From the IMG/VR virus record IMGVR_UViG_3300034071_001673: a DNA stretch of 64,000 nucleotides; one strand, given 5' to 3'. The translations under genes were made by a program, and so were the position numbers. Origin of the DNA: an uncultured virus (IMG/VR IMGVR_UViG_3300034071_001673) (taxonomy: Duplodnaviria > Heunggongvirae > Uroviricota > Caudoviricetes). Below the pieces are notes generated by a model, which did no database searches, had not been told where the DNA came from, and was given only the letters and a program-made list of their open reading frames with translations. Positions 27,160 through 35,453 of this stretch are shown here, piece by piece (positions within the stretch are counted from its first letter, which is position 1; every line of letters begins with the position of its first letter).

Positions 27160-27188
27160 AGTATATAACATCTTCAATCAAAAGACAA
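27160..27188 (-). promoter_or_regulatory. uvsY promoter (near-leaderless)
   Basis: TTGTCT-17-TATACT, ATG 7 nt downstream, no SD. Confidence 0.7.
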
Positions 27189-27201
27189 GTTAAAGCAAGA
27201 G

Positions 27202-27230
27202 TTGTCTTATATAAATTGCACCAGTATAAT
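27202..27230 (+). promoter_or_regulatory. Divergent plus-strand sigma70 promoter antisense to gp3
   Basis: TTGTCT(27202-27207)-17-TATAAT(27225-27230). Confidence 0.6.
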
Positions 27231-27255
27231 CACTATGTGGTGTTTCGCGGATAGT

Positions 27256-27810
27256 CTATACTTCTAGTTTCTCAATATCATAGTAAGAGAATCTAAAAGA
27301 TACGTCGCAAGTTACTGTCGTTTCTGCATTATCAAGAGTATTAAAATTGATAGAACCGACATAGTTTGGGAAAATGTCGCGGAATTTAATTCGGAATCTT
27401 GGATTATTTTTGTTTGAATAAATTACAAGAGTTCCGTCAGTATACACTGCAGGTCTTCTATTTGTTGCCAAACTTTGATCAAATCCTGATCTTGTTGTTC
27501 GAGCCAAATTCACATATTCTTCAAAATCAGTAGGAAATGTTGCAGAACGAATCCAATCGTGCAACTCAAACCATGGACTTAAATCTTCATTGACAAGAAA
27601 CTGAGTGTTGAAGGTATCATAAATTGCCTTCTCTCCTGGACGAAACAAATCAATGAATGGTGTAAAGTGTTGCACTTCTGTCAATGAAATGCCAGGAAGG
27701 CTTGCTGTCTGACAGAAGTATGTCACATTTGGCAATCGATCAAATGTGATTTGAAATTTATGTGGTTGTAATAGATCAGTGTTTACTGGGTTTCGCGTGA
27801 GTGCTGTCAT
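27256..27810 (-). CDS. gp3: Tail completion / tail tube terminator
   Basis: RLPNVTYFCQTASLPGISL, FLVNEDL...ELHDW; follows gp23. Confidence 0.88.
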   Translation of the reverse strand: MTALTRNPVNTDLLQPHKFQITFDRLPNVTYFCQTASLPGISLTEVQHFTPFIDLFRPGEKAIYDTFNTQFLVNEDLSPWFELHDWIRSATFPTDFEEYVNLARTTRSGFDQSLATNRRPAVYTDGTLVIYSNKNNPRFRIKFRDIFPNYVGSINFNTLDNAETTVTCDVSFRFSYYDIEKLEV

Positions 27811-27845
27811 CTAATCTCCTCCATCACTCATTTATTTAGCGAAAT

Positions 27846-27874
27846 AAAAAAGGGGGAGACTTTCGTCTCCCCCC
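27846..27874 (-). terminator. Rho-independent terminator after gp23
   Basis: GGGGGAGAC-GAAA-GTCTCCCCC followed by T6. Confidence 0.9.
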
Positions 27875-27916
27875 GAGTCACATTACCTTATTATTTTTAT
27901 AAGTTTGGTAATACTA

Positions 27917-29230
27917 TTACTGGTTGATGTTCAACACTTGGAATCTACGATAGTAGTAGTTTGTGTCGTTTGCGAGAGCACCAAGACCAGCTGCTGTTGC
28001 GAATGGGTTTGCTACGAGACCATAACGTGTCTTGAAGCCGACCTTTGGCTGGTAAGTTGTTGGATCAACTGCACGTACCATTTGTAGCGGAACGTATGGG
28101 CAGTAGAACAAGCCAGCGTCATAAGGTGTTGCACCCTTGTAACCAACAACAGCATAATCTGTACCAGAGACAGAATATGGGTCAACAAACACTTTGATGC
28201 GTCCGAAGAGCAATCCAGCGAATGTGTTGCCTGTATCGTCAACCATTAGATTTGTGTTGTTTGTTAGAGCAGAGTTGTAGTCCAAAAGACCAGTCATTGA
28301 AAGAGCTGATGCAACATCGGTTGAAACGATGAGCATGTTGCCCTTGCCGCGACGGGTATCTTTTGCGATCTTATTAGCAGCACGCTCAACAGCGAACAAG
28401 AGTGACTTGTACTTTTCTACCTGCCAACGACCGCTTGTGTCGCTTGATGAAGATAGGTTGAATTGTGCTGTTGATAGACCAGTGATACCGATGTTTGCTG
28501 TTGCATAGATCGTACGGACAACTTCGCGGTTGATTTCTGCAAGAATTTCAGTTGACAAAATATTTGTCAATTCTGTTTCTGCATCGAGACCGTGGATTGC
28601 CTTGAGATCTTGTGCAAGTTCTAGCGTATAGGCTGCTTGCAAACCGCGTGACTTTGCTGTAACAGCAACGCGATCGATTTGGAAGCCCATATATTCTAGA
28701 GTCTTGTCTTCTGCAACTGCAGTTGTCATACCTGTACCAGTGTTGGCTAGGGTGACGTTTGCAATGTTTGCGTTCAATGTTGCAAGTGGGTTTGCACCAG
28801 CAGCACCAGCATAATGGGTGTTTGCTTCGTTATAGAGAGCTTCACCTGTCATTGCTGTTGCGTTGGCGTATTGTGAACGCATTGCGAAAATCAAACCTGT
28901 TGGACCAGTCATTGGCTGAACGCCGCAGATGTCATAAGCCATTAGGTTTGGTAGTGCACGACGTACGAGACCAATTAGAACTGGATCAAATCCAGCAACT
29001 GGTGCACCTGCTGCGCCTGAAAGACCATTTGGTGAGCCTGTTCCCATAGCGTTAGCTGGGGATGCTTCCCATAGGTTTTGCATTGAACGAGCTTCTTCTT
29101 GTAGAGCACGCTCTTGATTTTCTAGAACGAGAGCAGTAACTGCGCGCTTGTAAGGGTCGCTGATTGCTGGGAGTTCTGGGTGATCAAGAACTGGTGCCCA
29201 CTTCTTTGCATATGTTTCGTTGATATACAT
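27917..29230 (-). CDS. gp23: Major capsid protein
   Basis: KWAPVLD, GVQPMTGPTGLIFAMRS, ELAQDLKAIHGLDAE, FYCPYVPL, GFKTRYG. Confidence 0.98.
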   Translation of the reverse strand: MYINETYAKKWAPVLDHPELPAISDPYKRAVTALVLENQERALQEEARSMQNLWEASPANAMGTGSPNGLSGAAGAPVAGFDPVLIGLVRRALPNLMAYDICGVQPMTGPTGLIFAMRSQYANATAMTGEALYNEANTHYAGAAGANPLATLNANIANVTLANTGTGMTTAVAEDKTLEYMGFQIDRVAVTAKSRGLQAAYTLELAQDLKAIHGLDAETELTNILSTEILAEINREVVRTIYATANIGITGLSTAQFNLSSSSDTSGRWQVEKYKSLLFAVERAANKIAKDTRRGKGNMLIVSTDVASALSMTGLLDYNSALTNNTNLMVDDTGNTFAGLLFGRIKVFVDPYSVSGTDYAVVGYKGATPYDAGLFYCPYVPLQMVRAVDPTTYQPKVGFKTRYGLVANPFATAAGLGALANDTNYYYRRFQVLNINQ

Positions 29231-29255
29231 TTAGTGTTTCCTCAGTTAAATTAAA

Positions 29256-32200
29256 TTAGGCTTTTGGAGCCGTTTTTGCGATTGCTTTGACATAACGAGC
29301 CATAATATTATTGGTTTGTTCTACTTCTGGTTCTTCATTAAGCATTGCTTGTTGAATTTCCTTTACCTCACTTTTCACTTGTACTTTAGTTGGGAAGTAG
29401 TTCTCGCGTAGTACTGCGAGTTTTTCTTCAAAATCACCTTCTGCGGTGAACTCCACGCCCTCTGCGAGCGACTTCATTTTTGCTGCTTGGACTGCTGTGA
29501 GCCCTTCGCAGAAATTATCAATTGCTTTTTCTTTCTTGACTGCATTCAACTGCTCTTGAAGATCAGCGATTGCAACGTTTTGTGCTTCAATATGTTGATG
29601 AACTGTCTCAACATATTCACCTGCTTGTTCAAGTTCTGCTGCAAGTGTTTCTGCAACATCAACTTTCTCTTCAGGAATTTCGATATAATGTTCTTGGAAC
29701 AATGAACGTAGACCAGAGATAAAGTCTTCAGCGAGTTCAGCACGTAGTCCTGTCTCGATGGCAACTTGATTCTCAGTCATCCATTGCTCAACAACATAAT
29801 TGAGATACTCATCAACTTGTTCTGTTAGTTGATCTTTGATCTCATCATATGCTTGGGCAAGAACGGCATCGTTCTGTTCCATAACTTGTTCGAGAATGCT
29901 TTCAACGCGAGAAGACACAGCTGATTCGAAAATCAAAGTGGCTTTTGCACGGAATTCTTCGGAAAGAGACTCGCCGTTGAAAAGAGCATCAACATCTTCT
30001 CTCATGTTTCCTTTGAATTGCTTTACCGCTTCTTTAATAGCGAGCATTCTCTCTTCACGAATTTGCTCTTCGGTAAGTTCTGTTGTTTCCATTGTTGTTT
30101 CTTCTCCGTTTACGTCATTCATGTTAGAGTCCTCAAATTGTTCATTTACTCTTGATCCTGGTTTCTTATAACCGAGTTCTTTGATTTTGAAAGCCTGTCC
30201 TACACCACCAGCAAGACCACCAACGATGTTGGCAATCTCGTTTGGAATTGCTTTTCTTAGTTTGGTTTTCTCTCCTGTTGGAGTTCTAAAAATACCAACA
30301 CCTGCTTTCTCTGGTGTTGTTGGTGCCTCTTCATAATCTTCTCTTTCACCAGCATCGCCACGAGCAATTGGATTTGCTTCCCATGATGACAAATCATCCC
30401 ATTTGCTTCCACCAGCAGTCACTGATTGTTGTGCAGGTGTCGTTGCTTGAGTTGGTTCTGATACTACAGCTGCAGCTGGTGCAGCAGCAGTTGGCTTTTT
30501 GCCGTCTTTTAATTTTTGTAGCAATTGCGTATTTGCTTCTGCTGATCCAGGAGCAGCAGTGATACCCATTGATTGTAGATATGCACTGTCTTTTCTCTTA
30601 GCATATGCATCTTTATCAGCACCGCGAATTGCAGCACCAGTTTTGCCATATCGCTGTTCATCACTCATAGCAGCTGGTTTTGCTGCAGTTACTGCAGGAC
30701 GTGCTCTTACTTGAGCTGGCGATACACCAAAATCTTTTGATCCTGCTGGACGACCAAATTTGTCATATCCAGCTGGTGTGTCAGTTCCAGGAACTGCACT
30801 TTTCTTAGTTGGTGCAACTGGTTTCTTTGCTGGCGCAGCGGCTTTTGTTGGTCCAGGAATTAATCCTAATGTTGCACCAGAAGCAGCACCTTGAAGAGCA
30901 TTCAATGCTTTCTTGCCTGTTGTTGCATTTGGATCAACATCCCAACCTTTCTTAGCATCATATGCTGCAAGACCAGCTGTTACTGGTAGGGCAAGTTTTC
31001 CTGCAACTCTACCAACTGTCTTAAGCGCAGCACCAGCCTTTGATTTAGTTGCAACTTGTGCAGTTATTGCAGCTGCTTTTTCTGCTGCAGAAATTTTCGC
31101 AGCCTTTGGACCAGATGCAGCTTTCTTACCAGCAACAACTAGTGCTTTACCTGCTTTACCAGCAGCAACACCAACACGTGCTAGTGGACCAACAAACTCA
31201 TTGAGTGCTTCAAATTCTTCTTCACTGAGTGAGCTGATAAATGCATCTAATTGTTCTTCATTGAGTGCTGATAGTTCATTTAAAAGATCATCAGTTTCTT
31301 CAGCAACATTTCGTACAGCAGCACCTCTTGTTGCTGGGCGACGAGCGGCTACTTTATTTGCTCTCACGCCTCTCATGAAGTTTGATGGGCTATCTGCATC
31401 CTCATCTTCTTCTCTTTCTTGTGGTGTTGTTTGGGCAACACGTGTTGGTTGCTCAACATCATCTTGCTCTGGTGCTTCATCAGAACCTTCTTGATCACCG
31501 TATGACGCTGCCTTTGTGCGATTTGCTGCTTTATCAGCAACTGCAGTAGCAACATCACGCGCAACATTTCCTGCTGTGTCAGATCCAGTTCTTTGTTGAA
31601 TGGCATCGCCAATTCCACCAGCAACTCTGCCAACTACTGAACCGATAGCGCCAGTTTTTGCGCCTTGACTGAAGCTGCCGCCCATTGCCTTGTTTGCAAG
31701 ACCACCAGCAAGAGCATCTGCTCCTGTTTGACCGATTGCAGCAGAACCAGTGGCTTTTGCCAAACCACCAGCAACTTTATTAACGATTGGTGAAGCAAGT
31801 CCAGTTACTGCGCCCAACTTGGCGCCTTGTGAGAATTTGCCACCTTGTAGTACGCTTGATACACCACCTTGTAGTGCACTCTTACCTGCTGAAAGTGCTG
31901 CTTTGCCAAGTACAGATGAACCGAGTTTTGATGCGCCAGCAGAAACTGCTTTACCAAGCGCACTGCCTGCAATCTTTGAACCGATTCCACCCAATAGTTT
32001 GCCAGCAACTGCACCGACTGCAGTACCAACACCAGGGATGAATGAAAGAAGTGGTGCTGCTTTTGCAACAACCTTAACTGCTTTCTTTGCTACCTTACCA
32101 ACAGCCTTCACACCTTTCTTAAGTGCTTTGCCGATCTTCTTTAAGAATTCAACGAGATATTCTTCGTTGAGAGACGATAATTGAATTGCGTAAATAAATT

Positions 32201-32858
32201 CTTCTTCTGTAAGATTTGAGATATAGTTCTCAAAATCTTCTTCAGAAAGAGTTTGCATTTCGGTGATGAATGAGGTTGATTGTTCTTGAAGAACATTAAA
32301 TTGTTCTTCAGTTAATTGTTGTTCGTGGAATGCAGGAACTACAGACTCAGCAATCAAATCAAGTAATCTTTCATCTCCAATTTCTTCTGACAATGTATCG
32401 ATGAATGCGTCTGTGACAGCATCTTCACCATACTCGGCAACAAAACTTTCTAGAATTTGAGTATACACAGCCTGTTCGCCGTGTTCTGAAATAAGACTTT
32501 CGAGGATAACTTGTTCGCCATGCTCTGCAATGAGAGCTTCCATCATTGCTTCTGGCTTTTCTTCTTCCTCTCCTTCTTCCTCTTCTTCTTCTTCTTTTTC
32601 TTCAGTTTCTTCTGATTCGTTTTCGACTGTCTTCATTTCTTCAGCAGGAGCTCCAGGTTGACCTGGCTTTGGTGATGCTTCCATTGATTGAGAAGCTGCA
32701 TCACCAACAGCAGTAACATCTCCTGTTGTCATTTCTCCACCTAAATCTACTGGCGGATTCATTAACATGTCTGACATTGGCAGTGGTTCTTTTCCTGCGC
32801 CTGCAACAGACGCTGCAAGAATTTCTGCTGCTGATTCATGTAATGATTTATGTTTCAT
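29256..32858 (-). CDS. gp22: Prohead core scaffold protein, greatly extended (1200 aa)
   Basis: Lies between gp21 and gp23; C-terminal EDVDALFNGESLSEEFRAKATLIFESAV...VDEYLNYVVEQW...MARYVKAI. Confidence 0.9.
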   Translation of the reverse strand: MKHKSLHESAAEILAASVAGAGKEPLPMSDMLMNPPVDLGGEMTTGDVTAVGDAASQSMEASPKPGQPGAPAEEMKTVENESEETEEKEEEEEEEGEEEEKPEAMMEALIAEHGEQVILESLISEHGEQAVYTQILESFVAEYGEDAVTDAFIDTLSEEIGDERLLDLIAESVVPAFHEQQLTEEQFNVLQEQSTSFITEMQTLSEEDFENYISNLTEEEFIYAIQLSSLNEEYLVEFLKKIGKALKKGVKAVGKVAKKAVKVVAKAAPLLSFIPGVGTAVGAVAGKLLGGIGSKIAGSALGKAVSAGASKLGSSVLGKAALSAGKSALQGGVSSVLQGGKFSQGAKLGAVTGLASPIVNKVAGGLAKATGSAAIGQTGADALAGGLANKAMGGSFSQGAKTGAIGSVVGRVAGGIGDAIQQRTGSDTAGNVARDVATAVADKAANRTKAASYGDQEGSDEAPEQDDVEQPTRVAQTTPQEREEDEDADSPSNFMRGVRANKVAARRPATRGAAVRNVAEETDDLLNELSALNEEQLDAFISSLSEEEFEALNEFVGPLARVGVAAGKAGKALVVAGKKAASGPKAAKISAAEKAAAITAQVATKSKAGAALKTVGRVAGKLALPVTAGLAAYDAKKGWDVDPNATTGKKALNALQGAASGATLGLIPGPTKAAAPAKKPVAPTKKSAVPGTDTPAGYDKFGRPAGSKDFGVSPAQVRARPAVTAAKPAAMSDEQRYGKTGAAIRGADKDAYAKRKDSAYLQSMGITAAPGSAEANTQLLQKLKDGKKPTAAAPAAAVVSEPTQATTPAQQSVTAGGSKWDDLSSWEANPIARGDAGEREDYEEAPTTPEKAGVGIFRTPTGEKTKLRKAIPNEIANIVGGLAGGVGQAFKIKELGYKKPGSRVNEQFEDSNMNDVNGEETTMETTELTEEQIREERMLAIKEAVKQFKGNMREDVDALFNGESLSEEFRAKATLIFESAVSSRVESILEQVMEQNDAVLAQAYDEIKDQLTEQVDEYLNYVVEQWMTENQVAIETGLRAELAEDFISGLRSLFQEHYIEIPEEKVDVAETLAAELEQAGEYVETVHQHIEAQNVAIADLQEQLNAVKKEKAIDNFCEGLTAVQAAKMKSLAEGVEFTAEGDFEEKLAVLRENYFPTKVQVKSEVKEIQQAMLNEEPEVEQTNNIMARYVKAIAKTAPKA

Positions 32859-32883
32859 TTAAAAACTCCTGAAGAGGTATTAT

Positions 32884-32891
32884 TATTTATA
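32884..32891 (-). promoter_or_regulatory. T4-type late promoter TATAAATA
   Basis: Exact TATAAATA upstream of gp22; related (C/A)TAAATA boxes precede gp3, gp67, gp19, gp18, gp13, 55686, 60278, 62538 and hsp20. Confidence 0.8.
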
Positions 32892-32895
32892 AAAC

Positions 32896-33540
32896 TTATA
32901 ACTTTGACAAAAAGTTCTCAAAGATCTTCAAAGAGATGTCGTCGAGCTGTTTTTGCTTTGCTGTTTTAATTTCTTCATAGTATGCATTTACATCAAGTTC
33001 TTTGACGAGACCGTTATCCCACACCCACTCTTTACCTTCCATAATACCTTGAACGAAAGCACCTGGAGCTGATGGATCTGCAACAATATCAGCTGCAGTA
33101 GCGAGATAGAAGTCTGGTTGAACAATGTTTACACCACCTTCGTTTTTGAGAGAACCCATTCCGCGCGAAGAAACGCCGAGAGTAGCCCCTGCTTCCATCA
33201 AATTCTTGGCAATTTTACCCATAGGCGTGTCAAGAACTTTTGCCTTACCTTCAAAGACGTTTCCGTTCTTTGTAATATTAGTGATCATATGAGAGACGCG
33301 CTCTAGATTAATCGTTGGAGACTCTGGATGTCCGAGCTCACCGAATGCGCGATTCTTATCAACGTACTCTTTCATATAACGATTTACTTCATTTTCGAGA
33401 ACGCTAACTGGATATGAGCGCCCATTACGATTCTTTGTTTCAGCAACAAGAAATGGACCTTGAATGTAAAGTGTCTTCACACCGTTATTGTCTTCGGTGA
33501 TATACTTTACTTCTTCGACTGTTTCTGTAATCAATTTCAT
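32896..33540 (-). CDS. gp21: Prohead core protease
   Basis: MKLITE, NRNGRSY, GELGHP, LGVSSRGMGSL, DIVADPSAP. Confidence 0.97.
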   Translation of the reverse strand: MKLITETVEEVKYITEDNNGVKTLYIQGPFLVAETKNRNGRSYPVSVLENEVNRYMKEYVDKNRAFGELGHPESPTINLERVSHMITNITKNGNVFEGKAKVLDTPMGKIAKNLMEAGATLGVSSRGMGSLKNEGGVNIVQPDFYLATAADIVADPSAPGAFVQGIMEGKEWVWDNGLVKELDVNAYYEEIKTAKQKQLDDISLKIFENFLSKL

Positions 33541-33544
33541 TTTA

Positions 33545-34456
33545 CTATTCCTTTAATCCAAGAGATGCTCTTTTTCTTAATGAGCGTTTTCTTTTCATTA
33601 TAGCACGAGACATCTTTGCTTTTCTTTTAATTTTACCAATACGAGCGCCACGTTTTCTGCGAAGTCTTTCAGCAGCAGACATACGCTTGAGTTTGCCACC
33701 GCGAATTGTGTATCCTTTTACAGCAGATACTTTTTTGCGACGCTGCACTTTTCCACCACGAACACGAGCCTTGATTACTTTCGTACGACCTTGACGCATC
33801 ACGTTTGGATTGCGCTTTGCCTCATCAAGTTGCTCTGTTTCTTCTGATGGTGTTGTATGAAGTTCATTATGTTCGTCGCGGAGTGATTCTGCTGTTCTTC
33901 TTAACTCATATGCGCCACCCCAGCTCTTTACTCTCTCGTATCCTTTTGGAACTGGAAGTCCACCTGGAGGAGCGGGAACTTGGCGTGGCGTTGGCATAAA
34001 TTTGTCAGACTCGCCAAGTTCAACTGGAAGATTGAGCGCAATTGCATTCTTATATGCATTTAATTTTTGTTGAGCAAAACTATTAAGTGTCTTATAAATT
34101 TCTTCCTTAATGTTTGATCGATCAACATAGTTCTTTAGTTCTTTTGATTTTACAATACGAGGATTTAAGTATTGCATAATCTTAATTTTTAATTCGTTTT
34201 TTTGTTCTTTTTCTTTTTGTTTTGCTTCATCTTCTTCATCATCATATTCGTTGTTATCAATTTCCACATCTTGTGCTGGCATTTCTTCTGCAATAACCTT
34301 GTTAATTTTATCAATCATTGTATCTTTTGGTTTAATGCCGTATTTTTTCATCTGTACTTTTTCTTTTTGGCTCACTGAGTTTTCTACATTTGATCCTTTT
34401 CTATCCTGAAATTCAGGAGAACCAAATCGATCTTCAAAACTTTCTTGTGTATTCAT
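33545..34456 (-). CDS. gp68: gp68-like prohead core protein with N-terminal extension
   Basis: Very basic C-terminus ending KRKRSLRKRASLGL; position before gp21. Confidence 0.65.
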   Translation of the reverse strand: MNTQESFEDRFGSPEFQDRKGSNVENSVSQKEKVQMKKYGIKPKDTMIDKINKVIAEEMPAQDVEIDNNEYDDEEDEAKQKEKEQKNELKIKIMQYLNPRIVKSKELKNYVDRSNIKEEIYKTLNSFAQQKLNAYKNAIALNLPVELGESDKFMPTPRQVPAPPGGLPVPKGYERVKSWGGAYELRRTAESLRDEHNELHTTPSEETEQLDEAKRNPNVMRQGRTKVIKARVRGGKVQRRKKVSAVKGYTIRGGKLKRMSAAERLRRKRGARIGKIKRKAKMSRAIMKRKRSLRKRASLGLKE

Positions 34457-35220
34457 TCTACTAGTAGTGCGAAATCTTTAACTTTGTTAAATGTTTCTTG
34501 ACTTTCAAGAAGCATATCTGATAATCTTTCTTTATTCTTTTCATTTAAATTATCAAAAACATTTTTAATTTTATCCATAACAACTTTTTCAACAAGAATT
34601 TCTTCGCCTGTGGCAAAAATTACTGGAACTGTTTCTTCATTTACATATCCTGCAGCAGCTGCAGTTGCAGCGCGCAATCCACCAACTTTTGCACCTGGTC
34701 TGAGTGTATTTACAGTACTGAATCCTGGAGCAAATGCGTCATATGGAACTGGAAATGAGAGACCATATTTGTTATCAATATAAAGAACAACACGTTTTCC
34801 ATCTGGAAACATACGAAGTGCTAATCTTTTCAACAGAAGCATTGGAGGAGGATTGAATTCAGATTGCTCATTTATCATTTTATTCTCTTCCTTAATGTCT
34901 CTTAGAACACGTCTAAATTGCGAGTCTGGTGAATTAACAAGCACTGGAATTGGCACAATTTGATTGATTTTAGAAACAGCATCTTGTTTTTGACGCCCTA
35001 ATCTTCTAAAAATATCAGAACTGCTTGCTTTCGGATTTTTTGCTGATATATCAACATAATCGGCGATTGCTTTTGTTGCCACAGCTGAATTTAGGTTCAT
35101 CTTAAATCTGCTTTTAAGAGCAGGAATTCTATTCTGCAAACGACTTTTAATAGATGCAGTTGGGCTTGAAGCCTTTGCTGCCTCTGTTAAATTTAAATTG
35201 TCTTTTTCTTTATCAGACAT
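34453..35220 (-). CDS. Putative prohead/internal head protein
   Basis: Between gp67 and gp68; LTE/INE/VNE protease-site-like motifs; PPPMLLLKR...FPDGKRVVLY. Confidence 0.6.
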   Translation of the reverse strand: MSDKEKDNLNLTEAAKASSPTASIKSRLQNRIPALKSRFKMNLNSAVATKAIADYVDISAKNPKASSSDIFRRLGRQKQDAVSKINQIVPIPVLVNSPDSQFRRVLRDIKEENKMINEQSEFNPPPMLLLKRLALRMFPDGKRVVLYIDNKYGLSFPVPYDAFAPGFSTVNTLRPGAKVGGLRAATAAAAGYVNEETVPVIFATGEEILVEKVVMDKIKNVFDNLNEKNKERLSDMLLESQETFNKVKDFALLVE

Positions 35221-35431
35221 TTACTTCTGCAGGTGCCTCTGATGCAGTTTCTACTGGTTCGCTATATTCAACTTCAGGTGCAGCTGGCGTAGAGATAAAG
35301 TTTGAAGCAACTTCAACTTTCTTAACCTCTAATGCATCTGCAATCTTTGCTGCGAGTGCCCCATTAAATGCTTCTGCTGCCGCATCTGCATTCTGAGAAA
35401 AAATCGCACTTAATAAATTTTCACTATTCAT
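35213..35431 (-). CDS. gp67: Prohead core protein
   Basis: 72 aa, acidic; AFNGALAAKIADALEVKKVEVA; follows portal. Confidence 0.75.
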   Translation of the reverse strand: MNSENLLSAIFSQNADAAAEAFNGALAAKIADALEVKKVEVASNFISTPAAPEVEYSEPVETASEAPAEVNV

Positions 35432-35453
35432 ATTTACTCCAATATTTAGACAA

